A model generated the notes under the pieces. The model was not told the origin of the DNA. It saw only the letters and a list, made by a program, of their open reading frames with translations, and searched no databases. Shown here piece after piece: positions 37,362 to 52,300 of a DNA stretch of 64,000 nt (positions are counted from its first letter, which is position 1; the number at the start of each line of letters is the position of its first letter). Position numbers and translations under genes: made by a program. Source of the stretch: Camelus dromedarius (taxonomy: Eukaryota); NCBI RefSeq assembly GCF_036321535.1, contig NC_087436.1, forward strand, positions 1,178,001-1,242,000, given 5' to 3'.

Positions 37362-40350
37362 CAACTGAAAAGAAACTTTGTGTTCCCAACAAGCTAGGTG
37401 AAGGACGGCTTTCACACACACTTATCTCTCAGAACTGAGCAAGTGGAGAGACGTTCGTTCATCTAGCACCAAGGGAACGGGTTGCAGGAGACACTTTTTC
37501 TCTGTTTTCTCAGTCTGTATCCTAGTGCCGGTTTGAAGTTCCTGCAGTTTTCACTGTGAATCCGAGTTGGAGCTTCTACCTCCCCATATATATGTATGGA
37601 ATGGAGTTTGCAACTGAAAAGTAACTTTGTGTTCCCTACAAGCAAGGTGAAGGACGGCTTTCACACACACTTATCTCTCAGAACTGAGCAAGTGGAGAGA
37701 CGTTCGTTCATCTAGCACCAAGGGAATGGGTTGCAGGAGACACTTTTTCTCTGCTTTCTCAGTCTGTTTCCTAGTGCCGGTTTGAAGTTCCTGCAGTTTT
37801 CACTGTCAAACCGAGTTGGAGCTAGTACCTCCCCATATATATGTATGGAATGTAGTTTGCAACTGAAAAGAAACTTTGTGTTCCCAACAAGCTAGGTGAA
37901 GGACGGCTTTCACACACATTTATCTCTCAGAACTGAGCAAGTGGAGAGACGTTCGTTCATGTAGCACCAAGGGAACGGGCTGCAGGAGACACTTTTTCTC
38001 TGCTTTCTCAGTCTGTTTCCTAGTGCCTGTTCGAAGTTCCTGCAGTTTTCTCTGTCAAACCGAGTTGGAGCTAGTACCACCCCATATATATGTATGGAAT
38101 GGAGTTTGCAACTGAAAAGAAACTTTGTGTTCCCAACAAGCTAGGTGAAGGACGGCTTTCACACACACTTATCTCTCAGAACTGAGCAAGTGGAGAGACG
38201 TTCGTTCATCTAGCACCAAGGGAACGGGTTGCGGGAGACACTTTTTCTCTGCTTTCTCAGTCTGTTTCCTAGTGCCGGTTTGAAGTTCCTGCAGTTTTCA
38301 CTGTCAAACCGAGTTGGAGCTAGTTCCTCCCCATATATATGTATGGAATGGAGTTTGCAACTGAAAACAAACTTTGTGTTCCCAACAAGCTAGGTGAAGG
38401 ACGGCTTTCACACACACTTATCTCTCAGAAATGAGCAAGTGGAGAGACGTTCTTTCATCTAGCACCAAGGGAACGGGTAACAGGAGACACATTTTCTCTG
38501 CTTTCTCAGTCTGTTTCCTAGTGCCGGTTTGAAGTTCCTGCAGTTTTCACTGTAAAACCGAGTTGGAGCTAGTACCTCCCCATATATATGTATGGAATGG
38601 AGTTTGCAACTGAAAAGAAACTTTGTGTTCCCAACAAGCTAGGTGAAGGACGGCTTTCACACACACTTATCTCTCAGAACTGAGCAAGTGGAGAGACGTT
38701 CGTTCATCTAGCAGCAAGGGAACGGTTTGCAGGAGACACTTTTTCTCTGCTTTCTCAGTCTGTTTCCAAGTGCCGGTTTAAAGTTCCTGCAGTTTTCACC
38801 GTCAAACCGAGTTGGAGCTAGTACCTCCCCATATATATGTATGGAATTGAGTTGGCAACTGAAAAGAAACTTTGTGTTCCCAACAAGCTAGGTGAAGGAC
38901 GGCTTTCACACACACTTATCTCTCAGAACTGAGCAAGTGGAGAGACGTTCGTTCATCTAGCACCAAGGGAACGGGTTGCAGGAGACACTTTTTCTCTGTT
39001 TTCTCAGTCTGTATCCTAGTGCCGGTTTGAAGTTCCTGCAGTTTTCACTGTGAATCCGAGTTGGAGCTTCTACCTCCCCATATATATGTATGGAATGGAG
39101 TTTGCAACTGAAAAGTAACTTTGTGTTCCCTACAAGCAAGGTGAAGGACGGCTTTCACACACACTTATCTCTCAGAACTGAGCAAGTGGAGAGACGTTCG
39201 TTCATCTAGCACCAAGGGAATGGGTTGCAGGAGACACTTTTTCTCTGCTTTCTCAGTCTGTTTCCTAGTGCCGGTTTGAAGTTCCTGCAGTTTTCACTGT
39301 CAAACCGAGTTGGAGCTAGTACCTCCCCATATATATGTATGGAATGTAGTTTGCAACTGAAAAGAAACTTTGTGTTCCCAACAAGCTAGGTGAAGGACGG
39401 CTTTCACACACATTTAACTCTCAGAACTGAGCAAGTGGAGAGACGTTCGTTCATGTAGCACCAAGGGAACGGGCTGCAGGAGACACTTTTTCTCTGCTTT
39501 CTCAGTCTGTTTCCTAGTGCCTGTTTGAAGTTCCTGCAGTTTTCTCTGTCAAACCGAGTTGGAGCTAGTACCACCCCATATATATGTATGGAATGGAGTT
39601 TGCAACTGAAAAGAAACTTTGTGTTCCCAACAAGCTAGGTGAAGGACGGCTTTCACACACACTTATCTCTCAGAACTGAGCAAGTGGAGAGACGTTCGTT
39701 CATCTAGCACCAAGGGAACGGGTTGCGGGAGACACTTTTTCTCTGCTTTCTCAGTCTGTTTCCTAGTGCCGGTTTGAAGTTCCTGCAGTTTTCACTGTCA
39801 AACCGAGTTGGAGCTAGTTCCTCCCCATATATATGTATGGAATGGAGTTTGCAACTGAAAACAAACTTTGTGTTCCCAACAAGCTAGGTGAAGGACGGCT
39901 TTCACACACACTTATCTCTCAGAAATGAGCAAGTGGAGAGACGTTCTTTCATCTAGCACCAAGGGAACGGGTAACAGGAGACACATTTTCTCTGCTTTCT
40001 CAGTCTGTTTCCTAGTGCCGGTTTGAAGTTCCTGCAGTTTTCACTGTAAAACCGAGTTGGAGCTAGTACCTCCCCATATATATGTATGGAATGGAGTTTG
40101 CAACTGAAAAGAAACTTTGTGTTCCCAACAAGCTAGGTGAAGGACGGCTTTCACACACACTTATCTCTCAGAACTGAGCAAGTGGAGAGACGTTCGTTCA
40201 TCTAGCAGCAAGGGAACGGTTTGCAGGAGACACTTTTTCTCTGCTTTCTCAGTCTGTTTCCAAGTGCCGGTTTAAAGTTCCTGCAGTTTTCACCGTCAAA
40301 CCGAGTTGGAGCTAGTACCTCCCCATATATATGTATGGAATTGAGTTGGC
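37362..40350 (+). repeat. Tandem duplication of a 6-monomer unit (1494 bp x2)
   Basis: CTGTATCC, GTGAATCC, AAAGTAAC, AATGTAG, CGGGCTGC, TTGCGGGAG and GGTAACAG recur at +1494 (ORFs 37463/38957). Boundaries are approximate. Confidence 0.92.
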
Positions 40351-43300
40351 AACTGAAAAGAAACTTTGTGTTCCCAACAAGATAGGTGAAGGACGGCTTT
40401 CACACACATTTCTCTCTCAGAACTGAGCAAGTGGAGAGACGTTCTTTCATGTAGCACCAAGGGAACGGGTTGCAGGAGACACTTTTTCTCTGCTTCCTCA
40501 GTCTGTTTCCTAGTGCCGGTTTGAAGTTCCTGCAGTTTTCACTGTAAAACCGAGTTGGAGCTTGTACCACCCCATATATATGTATGGAATGGAGTTTGCA
40601 ACTGAAAAGAAACTTTGTGTTCCCAACAAGCTAGGTGAAGGACGGCTTTCACACACACTTATCTCTCAGAACTGATCAAGTGGAGAGACGTTCGTTCATC
40701 TAGCACCAAGGGAACGGGTTGCAGGAGACACTGTTTCTCTGCTTTCTCAGTCTGTTTCCTAGTGCCGGTTTGAAGTTCCTGCAGTTTTCACTGTAAAACC
40801 GAGTTGGAGCTTCTACCTCCCCATATATATGTATGGAATGGAGTTTGCAACTGAAAAGAAACTTTGTGTTCCCAACAAGCTAGGTGAAGGACGGCTTTCA
40901 CACACACTTATCTCTCAGAACAGAGCAAGTGGAGAGACGTTCGTTCATCTAGCACCAAGGGAACGGGTTGCAGGAGACACTTTTTCTCTGCTTTCTCAGT
41001 CTGTTTCCTAGTGCCGGTTTGAAGTTCCTGCAGTTTTCACTGTAAAACCGAGTTGGAGCTAGTACCTCCCCATATATATGTATGGAATGGAGTTTGCAAC
41101 TGAAAAGAAACTTTGTGTTCCCAACAAGCTAGGTGAAGGACGGCTTTCACACACACTTATCTCTCAGAACTGAGCAAGTGGAGAGACGTTCGTTCATCTA
41201 GCAGCAAGGGAACGGTTTGCAGGAGACACTTTTTCTCTGCTTTCTCAGTCTGTTTCCAAGTGCCGGTTTAAAGTTCCTGCAGTTTTCACTTTAAAACCGA
41301 GTTGGAGCTAGTACCTCCCCATATATATGTATGGAATTGAGTTGGCAACTGAAAAGAAACTTTGTGTTCCCAACAAGATAGGTGAAGGACGGCTTTCACA
41401 CACATTTATCTCTCAGAACTGAGCAAGTGGAGAGACGTTCTTTCATGTAGCACCAAGGGAACGGGTTGCAGGAGACACTTTTTCTCTGCTTCCTCAGTCT
41501 GTTTCCTACTGCCGGTTTGAAGTTCCTGCAGTTTTCACTGTAAAACCGAGTTGGAGCTTGTACCTCCCCATATATATGTATGGAATGGAGTTTGCAACTG
41601 AAAAGAAACTTTGTGTTCCCAACAAGCTAGGTGAAGGACGGCTTTCACACACACTTATCTCTCAGAACTTATCAAGTGGAGAGACGTTCGTTCATCTAGC
41701 ACCAAGGGAACGGTTTGCAGGAGACACTGTTTCTCTGCTTTCTCAGTCTGTTTCCTAGTGCCGGTTTGAAGTTCCTGCAGTTTTCACTGTAAAACCGAGT
41801 TGGAGCTTGTACCTCCCCATATATATGTATGGAATGGAGTTTGCAACTGAAAAGAAACTTTGTGTTCCCAACAAGCTAGGTGAAGGACGGCTTTCACACA
41901 CACTTATCTCTCAGAACAGAGCAAGTGGAGAGACGTTCGTTCATCTAGCACCAAGGGAACGGGTTGCAGGAGACACTTTTTCTCTGCTTTCTCAGTCTGT
42001 TTCCTAGTGCCTGTTAGAAGTTCCTGCAGTTTTCACTGTGAAACCGAATTGGAGCTAGTACCTCCCCATATATATGTATGGAATGGAGTTTGCAACTGAA
42101 AAGAAACTTTGTGTTCCCAACAAGCTAGTTGAAGGACGGCTTTCACACACACATATCTCTCAGAACTGAGCAAGTGGAGAGACGTTCGTTCATCTAGCAC
42201 CAAGGGAACGGGTTGCAGGAGACACTTTTTCTCTGCTTCCTCAGTCTGTTTCCTAGTGCCGGTTTGAAGTTCCTGCAGTTTTCACTGTAAAACCGAGTTG
42301 GAGCTTGTACCTCCCCATATATATGTATGGAATGGAGTTTGCAACTGAAAAGAAACTTTGTGTTCCCAACAAGCTATGTGAAGGACGGCTTTCACACACA
42401 CTTATCTCTCAGAACTGAGCAAGTGGAGAGACGTTCGTTCATCCAGCACCAAGGGAACGGGTTGCAGGAGACACGTTTTCTCTGCTTTCTCAGTCTGTTT
42501 CCTAGTGCCGGTTTGAAGTTCCTGCAGTTTTCACTGTAAAATCGAGTTGGAGCTTTTACCTCCCCATATATATGTATGGAATGGAGTTTGCAACTGAAAA
42601 GAAACTTTGTGTTCCCAACAAGCTAGGTGAAGGACGGCTTTCACACACACTTATCTCTCAGAACTGAGCAAGTGGAGAGACGTTCTTTCATCTAGCACCA
42701 AGGGAACGGGTTGCAGGAGACACTTTTTCTCTGCTTTCTCAGTGTGTTTCCTAGTGCCGGTTTGAAGTTCCTGCAGTTTTCACTGTAAAACCGAGTTGGA
42801 GCTAGTACCTCCCCATATATATGTATGGAATGGAGTTTGCAACTGAAAAGAAACTTTGTGTTCCCAACAAGCTAGTTGAAGGACGGCATTCACACACACT
42901 TATCTCTCAGAACTGAGCAAGTGGAGAGAAGTTCGTTCATCTAGCACCAAGGGAACGGGTTGCAGGAGACACTTTTTCTCTGCTTTCTCAGTCTGTTTCC
43001 TAGTGCCGGTTTGAAGTTCCTGCAGTTTTCACTGTCAAACCGAGTTGGAGCTAGTACCTCCCAATATATATATGTATGGAATTGAGTTGGCAACTGAAAA
43101 GAAACTTTGTGTTCCCAAAAAGCTAGTTGAAGGACGGCTTTCACACACACTTATCTCTCAGAACTGAGCAAGTGGAGAGACGTTCGTTCATCTAGCACCA
43201 AGGGAACGGGTTGCAGGAGACACTTTTTCTCTGCTTCCTCAGTCTGTTTCCTAGTGCCGGTTTGAAATTCCTGCAGTTTTCACTGTAAAACCGAGTTGGA

Positions 43301-46300
43301 GTTTCTACCTCCCCATATATATGTATGGAATGGAGTTTGCAACTGAAAAGAAACTATGTGTTCCCAACAAGCTAGGTGAAGGACGGCTTTCACACACACT
43401 TATCTCTCAGAACTGAGCAAGTGGAGAGACGTTCGTTCATCTAGCACCAAGGGAACGGGTTGCAGGAGACACTTTTTCTCTGCTTTCTCAGTCTGTTTCC
43501 TAGTGCCTGTTTGAAGTTCCTGCAGTTTTCACTGTCAAACCGAGTTGGAGCTAGTACCTCCCCATATATATGTATGGAATGGAGTTTGCAACTGAAAAGA
43601 AACTTTGTGTTCCCAACAAGCTAGGTGAAGGACGGCTTTCACACACACTTATCTCTCAGAACTGAGCAAGTGGATAGACGTTCGTTCATCTAGCACCAAG
43701 GGAACGGTTCGCAGGAGACACTTTTTCTCTGCTTTCTCAGTCTGTTTCCTAGTGCCGGTTTGAAGTTCCTGCAGTTTTCACCATCAAACCGAGTTGGAGC
43801 TAGTTCCTCCCCATATATATGTATGGAATGGATTTCGCAACTGAAAACAAACTTTGTGTTCCCAACAAGCTAGGTGAAGGACGGCTTTCACACACACTTA
43901 TCTCTCAGAAATGAGCAAGTGGAGAGACGTTCGTTCATCTAGGACCAAGGGAACGGGTAGCAGGAGACACTTTTTCTCTGCTTTCTCAGTCTGTTTCCTA
44001 GTGCCGGTTTGAAGTTCCTGCAGTTTTCACTGTAAAACCGAGTTGGAGCTAGTACCTCCCCATATATATGTATGGAATGGAGTTTGCAACTGAAAAGAAA
44101 CTTTGTGTTCCCAACAAGCTAGGTGAAGGACGGCTTTCACACACACTTATCTCTCAGAACTGAGCAAGTGGAGAGACGTTCGTTCATCTAGCAGCAAGTG
44201 AACGGTTTGCAGGAGACACTTTTTCTCTGCTTTCTCAGTCTGTTTCCAAGTGCCGGTTTAATGTTCCTGCAGTTTTCACTGTCAAACCGAGTTGGAGCTA
44301 GTACCTCCCCATATATATGTATGGAATTGAGTTGGCAACTGAAAAGAAACTTTGTGTTCCCAACAAGCCAGGTGCAGGACGGCTTTCACACACATTTATC
44401 TCTCAGAACTGAGCAAGTGGAGAGACGTTCTTTCATGTAGCACCAAGGGAACGGGTTGCAGGAGACACTTTTTCTCTGCTTTCTCAGTCTGTTTCCTAGT
44501 GCCGGTTTGAAGTTCCTGCAGTTTTCACTGTAAAACCGAGTTGGAGCTTGTACCTCCCCATATATATGTATGGAATGGAGTTTGCAACTGAAAAGAAACT
44601 TTGTGTTCCCAACAAGCTAGGTGAAGGACGGCTTTCACACACACTTATCTCTCAGAACTGATCAAGTGGAGAGACGTTCGTTCATCTAGCACCAAGGGAA
44701 CGGGTTGCAGGAGACACTTTTTCTCTGCTTTCTCAGTCTGTTTCCTAGTGCCGGTTTGAAGTTCCTGCAGTTTTCACTGTAAAACCGAGTTGGAGCTTCT
44801 ACCTCCCCATATATATATATGGAATGGAGTTTGCAACTGAAAAGAAACTTTGTGTTCCCAACAAGCTAGGTGAAGTACGGCTTTCACACACACTTATCTC
44901 TCAGAACAGAGCAAGTGGAGAGACGTTCGTTCATCTAGCACCAAGGGAACGGGTTGCAGGAGACACTTTTTCTCTGCTTTCTCAGTATGTTTCCTAGTGC
45001 CGGTTTGAAGTTCCTGCAGTTTTCACTGTGAAACCGAGTTGGAGCTAGTACCTCCCCATATATATGTATGGAATGGAGTTTGCAACTGAAAAGAAACTTT
45101 GTGTTCCCAACAAGATAGTTGAAGGACGGCTTTCACACACACATATCTCTCAGAACTGAGCAAGTGGAGAGACGTTCGTTCATCTAGCACCAAGGGAACG
45201 GGTTGCAGGTGACACTTTTTCTCTGCTTCCTCAGTCTGTTTCCTAGTGCCGTTTTGAAGTTCGTGCAGTTTTCACTGTAAAACCGAGTTGGAGCTTGTAC
45301 CTCCCCATATATATGTATGGAATGGAGTTTGCAACTGAAAAGAAACTTTGTGTTCCCAACAAGCTAGGTGAAGGACGGCTTTCACACACACTTATCTCTC
45401 AGAACTGAGCAAGTGGAGAGACGTTCGTTCATCCAGCACCAAGGGAACGGGTTGCAGGAGACACGTTTTCTCTGCTTTCTCAGTCTGTTTCCTAGTGCCG
45501 GTTTGAAGTTCCTGCAGTTATCACTGTAAAACCGAGTTGGAGCTTGTACCTCCCCATATATATGTATGGAATGGAGTTTGCAACTGAAAAGAAACTTTGT
45601 GTTCCCAAAAAGCTAGGTGAAGGACGGCTTTCACACACACATATCTCTCAGAACTGAGCAAGTGGAGAGACGTTCGTTCATCTAGCACCAAGGGAACGGG
45701 TTGCAGGAGACACTTTTTCTCTGCTTTCTCAGTCTGTTTCCTAGTGCCGGTTTGAAGTTCCTGCAGTTTTCACTGTCAAACCGAGTTGGAGCTTGTACCT
45801 CCCCATATATATGTATGGAATGGAGTTTGCAACTGAAAAGAAACTTTGTGTTCCCAACAAGCTAGGTGAAGGACGGCTTTCACACACACTTATCTCTCAG
45901 AACTGAGCAAGTGGAGAGACGTTCGTTCATCTAGCACCAAGGGAACGGGTTGCAGGAGACACTTTTTCTCTGCTTTCTCAATCTGTTTCCTAGTGCCGGT
46001 TTGAAGTTCCTGCAGTTTTCACTGTCAAACCGAGTTGGAGCTAGTTCCTCCCCATATATATGTATGGAATGGAGTTTGCAACTGAAAACAAACTTTGTGT
46101 TCCCAACAAGCTAGGTGAAAGACGGCTTTCACACACACTTATCTCTCAGAACTGAGCAAGTGGAGAGACGTTCGTTCATCTAGCACCAAGGGAACGGGTA
46201 GCAGGAGACACTTTTTCTCTGCTTTCTCAGTCTGTTTCCTAGTGTCGGTTTGAAGTTCCTGCAGTTTTCACTGTAAAACCGAGTTGGAGCTAGTACCTCC

Positions 46301-49300
46301 CCATATATATGTATGGAATGGAGTTTTCAACTCAAAAGAAACTTTGTGTTCCCAACAAGCTAGGTGAAGGACGGCTTTCACACACAATTATCTCTCAGAA
46401 CTGAGCAAGTGGAGAGACGTTCGTTCATGTAGCACCAAGGGAACGGGTTGCAGGAGACACTTTTTCTCTGCTTTCTCAGTCTGTTTCCTAGTGCCTGTTA
46501 GAAGTTCCTGCAGTTTTCACTGTCAAACCGAGTTGGAGCTAGTACCTCCCCATATATATGTATGGAATGGAGTTTGCAACTGAAAAGAAACTTTGTGTTC
46601 CCAACAAGCTAGGTGAAGGACGGCTTTCACACACACTTATCTCTCAGAACTGAGCAAGTGGAGAGACGTTCGTTCATCTAGCACCAAGGGAACGGGTTGC
46701 AGGTGACACTTTTTCTCTGCTTTCTCAGTCTATTTCCTAGTGCCGTTTTGAAGTTCCTGCAGTTTTCACTGTCAAACCGTGTTGGAGCTAGTACCTCCCC
46801 TTATATATGTATGAATGGACTTGGCAACTGAAAAGAAACTTTGTGTTCCCAACAAGCTAGGTGAAGGACGGCTTTCACACACACTTATCTCTCAGAAATG
46901 AGCAAGTGGAGAGACGTTCTTTCATCTAGCACCAAGGGAACGGGTAACAGGAGACACATTTTCTCTGCTTTCTCAGTCTGTTTCCTAGTGCCGGTTTGAA
47001 GTTCCTGCAGTTTTCACTGTAAAACCGAGTTGGAGCTAGTACCTCCCCATATATATGTATGGAATGGAGTTTGCAACTGAAAAGAAACTTTGTGTTCCCA
47101 ACAAGCTAGGTGAAGGACGGCTTTCACACACACTTATCTCTCAGAACTGAGCAAGTGGAGAGACGTTCGTTCATCTAGCAGCAAGGGAACGGTTTGCAGG
47201 AGACACTTTTTCTCTGCTTTCTCAGTCTGTTTCCAAGTGCCGGTTTAAAGTTCCTGCAGTTTTCACCGTCAAACCGAGTTGGAGCTAGTACCTCCCCATA
47301 TATATGTATGGAATTGAGTTGGCAACTGAAAAGAAACTTTGTGTTCCCAACAAGATAGGTGAAGGACGGCTTTCACACACATTTCTCTCTCAGAACTGAG
47401 CAAGTGGAGAGACGTTCTTTCATGTAGCACCAAGGGAACGGGTTGCAGGAGACACTTTTTCTCTGCTTCCTCAGTCTGTTTCCTAGTGCCGGTTTGAAGT
47501 TCCTGCAGTTTTCACTGTAAAACCGAGTTGGAGCTTGTACCACCCCATATATATGTATGGAATGGAGTTTGCAACTGAAAAGAAACTTTGTGTTCCCAAC
47601 AAGCTAGGTGAAGGACGGCTTTCACACACACTTATCTCTCAGAACTGATCAAGTGGAGAGACGTTCGTTCATCTAGCACCAAGGGAACGGGTTGCAGGAG
47701 ACACTGTTTCTCTGCTTTCTCAGTCTGTTTCCTAGTGCCGGTTTGAAGTTCCTGCAGTTTTCACTGTAAAACCGAGTTGGAGCTTCTACCTCCCCATATA
47801 TATGTATGGAATGGAGTTTGCAACTGAAAAGAAACTTTGTGTTCCCAACAAGCTAGGTGAAGGACGGCTTTCACACACACTTATCTCTCAGAACAGAGCA
47901 AGTGGAGAGACGTTCGTTCATCTAGCACCAAGGGAACGGGTTGCAGGAGACACTTTTTCTCTGCTTTCTCAGTCTGTTTCCTAGTGCCGGTTTGAAGTTC
48001 CTGCAGTTTTTACTGTAAAACCGAGTTGGAGCTAGTACCTCCCCATATATATGTATGGAATGGAGTTTGCAACTGAAAAGAAACTTTGTGTTCCCAACAA
48101 GCTAGGTGAAGGACGGCTTTCACACACACTTATCTCTCAGAACTGAGCAAGTGGAGAGACGTTCGTTCATCTAGCAGCAAGGGAACGGTTTGCAGGAGAC
48201 ACTTTTTCTCTGCTTTCTCAGTCTGTTTCCAAGTGCCGGTTTAAAGTTCCTGCAGTTTTCACTTTAAAACCGAGTTGGAGCTAGTACCTCCCCATATATA
48301 TGTATGGAATTGAGTTGGCAACTGAAAAGAAACTTTGTGTTCCCAACAAGATAGGTGAAGGACGGCTTTCACACACATTTATCTCTCAGAACTGAGCAAG
48401 TGGAGAGACGTTCTTTCATGTAGCACCAAGGGAACGGGTTGCAGGAGACACTTTTTCTCTGCTTCCTCAGTCTGTTTCCTACTGCCGGTTTGAAGTTCCT
48501 GCAGTTTTCACTGTAAAACCGAGTTGGAGCTTGTACCTCCCCATATATATGTATGGAATGGAGTTTGCAACTGAAAAGAAACTTTGTGTTCCCAACAAGC
48601 TAGGTGAAGGACGGCTTTCACACACACTTATCTCTCAGAACTTATCAAGTGGAGAGACGTTCGTTCATCTAGCACCAAGGGAACGGGTTGCAGGAGACAC
48701 TGTTTCTCTGCTTTCTCAGTCTGTTTCCTAGTGCCGGTTTGAAGTTCCTGCAGTTTTCACTGTAAAACCGAGTTGGAGCTTGTACCTCCCCATATATATG
48801 TATGGAATGGAGTTTGCAACTGAAAAGAAACTTTGTGTTCCCAACAAGCTAGGTGAAGGACGGCTTTCACACACACTTATCTCTCAGAACAGAGCAAGTG
48901 GAGAGACGTTCGTTCATCTAGCAAAAAGGGAACGGGTTGCAGGAGACACTTTTTCTCTGCTTTCTCAGTCTGTTTCCTAGTGCCTGTTAGAAGTTCCTGC
49001 AGTTTTCACTGTGAAACCGAATTGGAGCTAGTACCTCCCCATATATATGTATGGAATGGAGTTTGCAACTGAAAAGAAACTTTGTGTTCCCAACAAGCTA
49101 GTTGAAGGACGGCTTTCACACACACATATCTCTCAGAACTGAGCAAGTGGAGAGACGTTCGTTCATCTAGCACCAAGGGAACGGGTTGCAGGAGACACTT
49201 TTTCTCTGCTTCCTCAGTCTGTTTCCTAGTGCCGGTTTGAAGTTCCTGCAGTTTTCACTGTAAAACCGAGTTGGAGCTTGTACCTCCCCATATATATGTA

Positions 49301-52300
49301 TGGAATGGAGTTTGCAACTGAAAAGAAACTTTGTGTTCCCAACAAGCTATGTGAAGGACGGCTTTCACACACACTTATCTCTCAGAACTGAGCAAGTGGA
49401 GAGACGTTCGTTCATCCAGCACCAAGGGAACGGGTTGCAGGAGACACGTTTTCTCTGCTTTCTCAGTCTGTTTCCTAGTGCCGGTTTGAAGTTCCTGCAG
49501 TTTTCACTGTAAAATCGAGTTGGAGCTTTTACCTCCCCATATATATGTATGGAATGGAGTTTGCAACTGAAAAGAAACTTTGTGTTCCCAACAAGCTAGG
49601 TGAAGGACGGCTTTCACACACACTTATCTCTCAGAACTGAGCAAGTGGAGAGACGTTCTTTCATCTAGCACCAAGGGAACGGGTTGCAGGAGACACTTTT
49701 TCTCTGCTTTCTCAGTGTGTTTCCTAGTGCCGGTTTGAAGTTCCTGCAGTTTTCACTGTAAAACCGAGTTGGAGCTAGTACCTCCCCATATATATGTATG
49801 GAATGGAGTTTGCAACTGAAAAGAAACTTTGTGTTCCCAACAAGCTAGTTGAAGGACGGCATTCACACACACTTATCTCTCAGAACTGAGCAAGTGGAGA
49901 GAAGTTCGTTCATCTAGCACCAAGGGAACGGGTTGCAGGAGACACTTTTTCTCTGCTTTCTCAGTCTGTTTCCTAGTGCCGGTTTGAAGTTCCTGCAGTT
50001 TTCACTGTCAAACCGAGTTGGAGCTAGTACCTCCCAATATATATATGTATGGAATTGAGTTGGCAACTGAAAAGAAACTTTGTGTTCCCAAAAAGCTAGT
50101 TGAAGGACGGCTTTCACACACACTTATCTCTCAGAACTGAGCAAGTGGAGAGACGTTCGTTCATCTAGCACCAAGGGAACGGGTTGCAGGAGACACTTTT
50201 TCTCTGCTTCCTCAGTCTGTTTCCTAGTGCCGGTTTGAAATTCCTGCAGTTTTCACTGTAAAACCGAGTTGGAGTTTCTACCTCCCCATATATATGTATG
50301 GAATGGAGTTTGCAACTGAAAAGAAACTATGTGTTCCCAACAAGCTAGGTGAAGGACGGCTTTCACACACACTTATCTCTCAGAACTGAGCAAGTGGAGA
50401 GACGTTCGTTCATCTAGCACCAAGGGAACGGGTTGCAGGAGACACTTTTTCTCTGCTTTCTCAGTCTGTTTCCTAGTGCCTGTTTGAAGTTCCTGCAGTT
50501 TTCACTGTCAAACCGAGTTGGAGCTAGTACCTCCCCATATATATGTATGGAATGGAGTTTGCAACTGAAAAGAAACTTTGTGTTCCCAACAAGCTAGGTG
50601 AAGGACGGCTTTCACACACACTTATCTCTCAGAACTGAGCAAGTGGAGAGACGTTCGTTCATCTAGCACCAAGGGAACGGTTCGCAGGAGACACTTTTTC
50701 TCTGCTTTCTCAGTCTGTTTCCTAGTGCCGGTTTGAAGTTCCTGCAGTTTTCACCATCAAACCGAGTTGGAGCTAGTTCCTCCCCATATATATGTATGGA
50801 ATGGATTTCGCAACTGAAAACAAACTTTGTGTTCCCAACAAGCTAGGTGAAGGACGGCTTTCACACACACTTATCTCTCAGAAATGAGCAAGTGGAGAGA
50901 CGTTCGTTCATCTAGGACCAAGGGAACGGGTAGCAGGAGACACTTTTTCTCTGCTTTCTCAGTCTGTTTCCTAGTGCCGGTTTGAAGTTCCTGCAGTTTT
51001 CACTGTAAAACCGAGTTGGAGCTAGTACCTCCCCATATATATGTATGGAATGGAGTTTGCAACTGAAAAGAAACTTTGTGTTCCCAACAAGCTAGGTGAA
51101 GGACGGCTTTCACACACACTTATCTCTCAGAACTGAGCAAGTGGAGAGACGTTCGTTCATCTAGCAGCAAGTGAACGGTTTGCAGGAGACACTTTTTCTC
51201 TGCTTTCTCAGTCTGTTTCCAAGTGCCGGTTTAATGTTCCTGCAGTTTTCACTGTCAAACCGAGTTGGAGCTAGTACCTCCCCATATATATGTATGGAAT
51301 TGAGTTGGCAACTGAAAAGAAACTTTGTGTTCCCAACAAGCCAGGTGCAGGACGGCTTTCACACACATTTATCTCTCAGAACTGAGCAAGTGGAGAGACG
51401 TTCTTTCATGTAGCACCAAGGGAACGGGTTGCAGGAGACACTTTTTCTCTGCTTTCTCAGTCTGTTTCCTAGTGCCGGTTTGAAGTTCCTGCAGTTTTCA
51501 CTGTAAAACCGAGTTGGAGCTTGTACCTCCCCATATATATGTATGGAATGGAGTTTGCAACTGAAAAGAAACTTTGTGTTCCCAACAAGCTAGGTGAAGG
51601 ACGGCTTTCACACACACTTATCTCTCAGAACTGATCAAGTGGAGAGACGTTCGTTCATCTAGCACCAAGGGAACGGGTTGCAGGAGACACTTTTTCTCTG
51701 CTTTCTCAGTCTGTTTCCTAGTGCCGGTTTGAAGTTCCTGCAGTTTTCACTGTAAAACCGAGTTGGAGCTTCTACCTCCCCATATATATATATGGAATGG
51801 AGTTTGCAACTGAAAAGAAACTTTGTGTTCCCAACAAGCTAGGTGAAGTACGGCTTTCACACACACTTATCTCTCAGAACAGAGCAAGTGGAGAGACGTT
51901 CGTTCATCTAGCACCAAGGGAACGGGTTGCAGGAGACACTTTTTCTCTGCTTTCTCAGTATGTTTCCTAGTGCCGGTTTGAAGTTCCTGCAGTTTTCACT
52001 GTGAAACCGAGTTGGAGCTAGTACCTCCCCATATATATGTATGGAATGGAGTTTGCAACTGAAAAGAAACTTTGTGTTCCCAACAAGATAGTTGAAGGAC
52101 GGCTTTCACACACACATATCTCTCAGAACTGAGCAAGTGGAGAGACGTTCGTTCATCTAGCACCAAGGGAACGGGTTGCAGGTGACACTTTTTCTCTGCT
52201 TCCTCAGTCTGTTTCCTAGTGCCGTTTTGAAGTTCGTGCAGTTTTCACTGTAAAACCGAGTTGGAGCTTGTACCTCCCCATATATATGTATGGAATGGAG

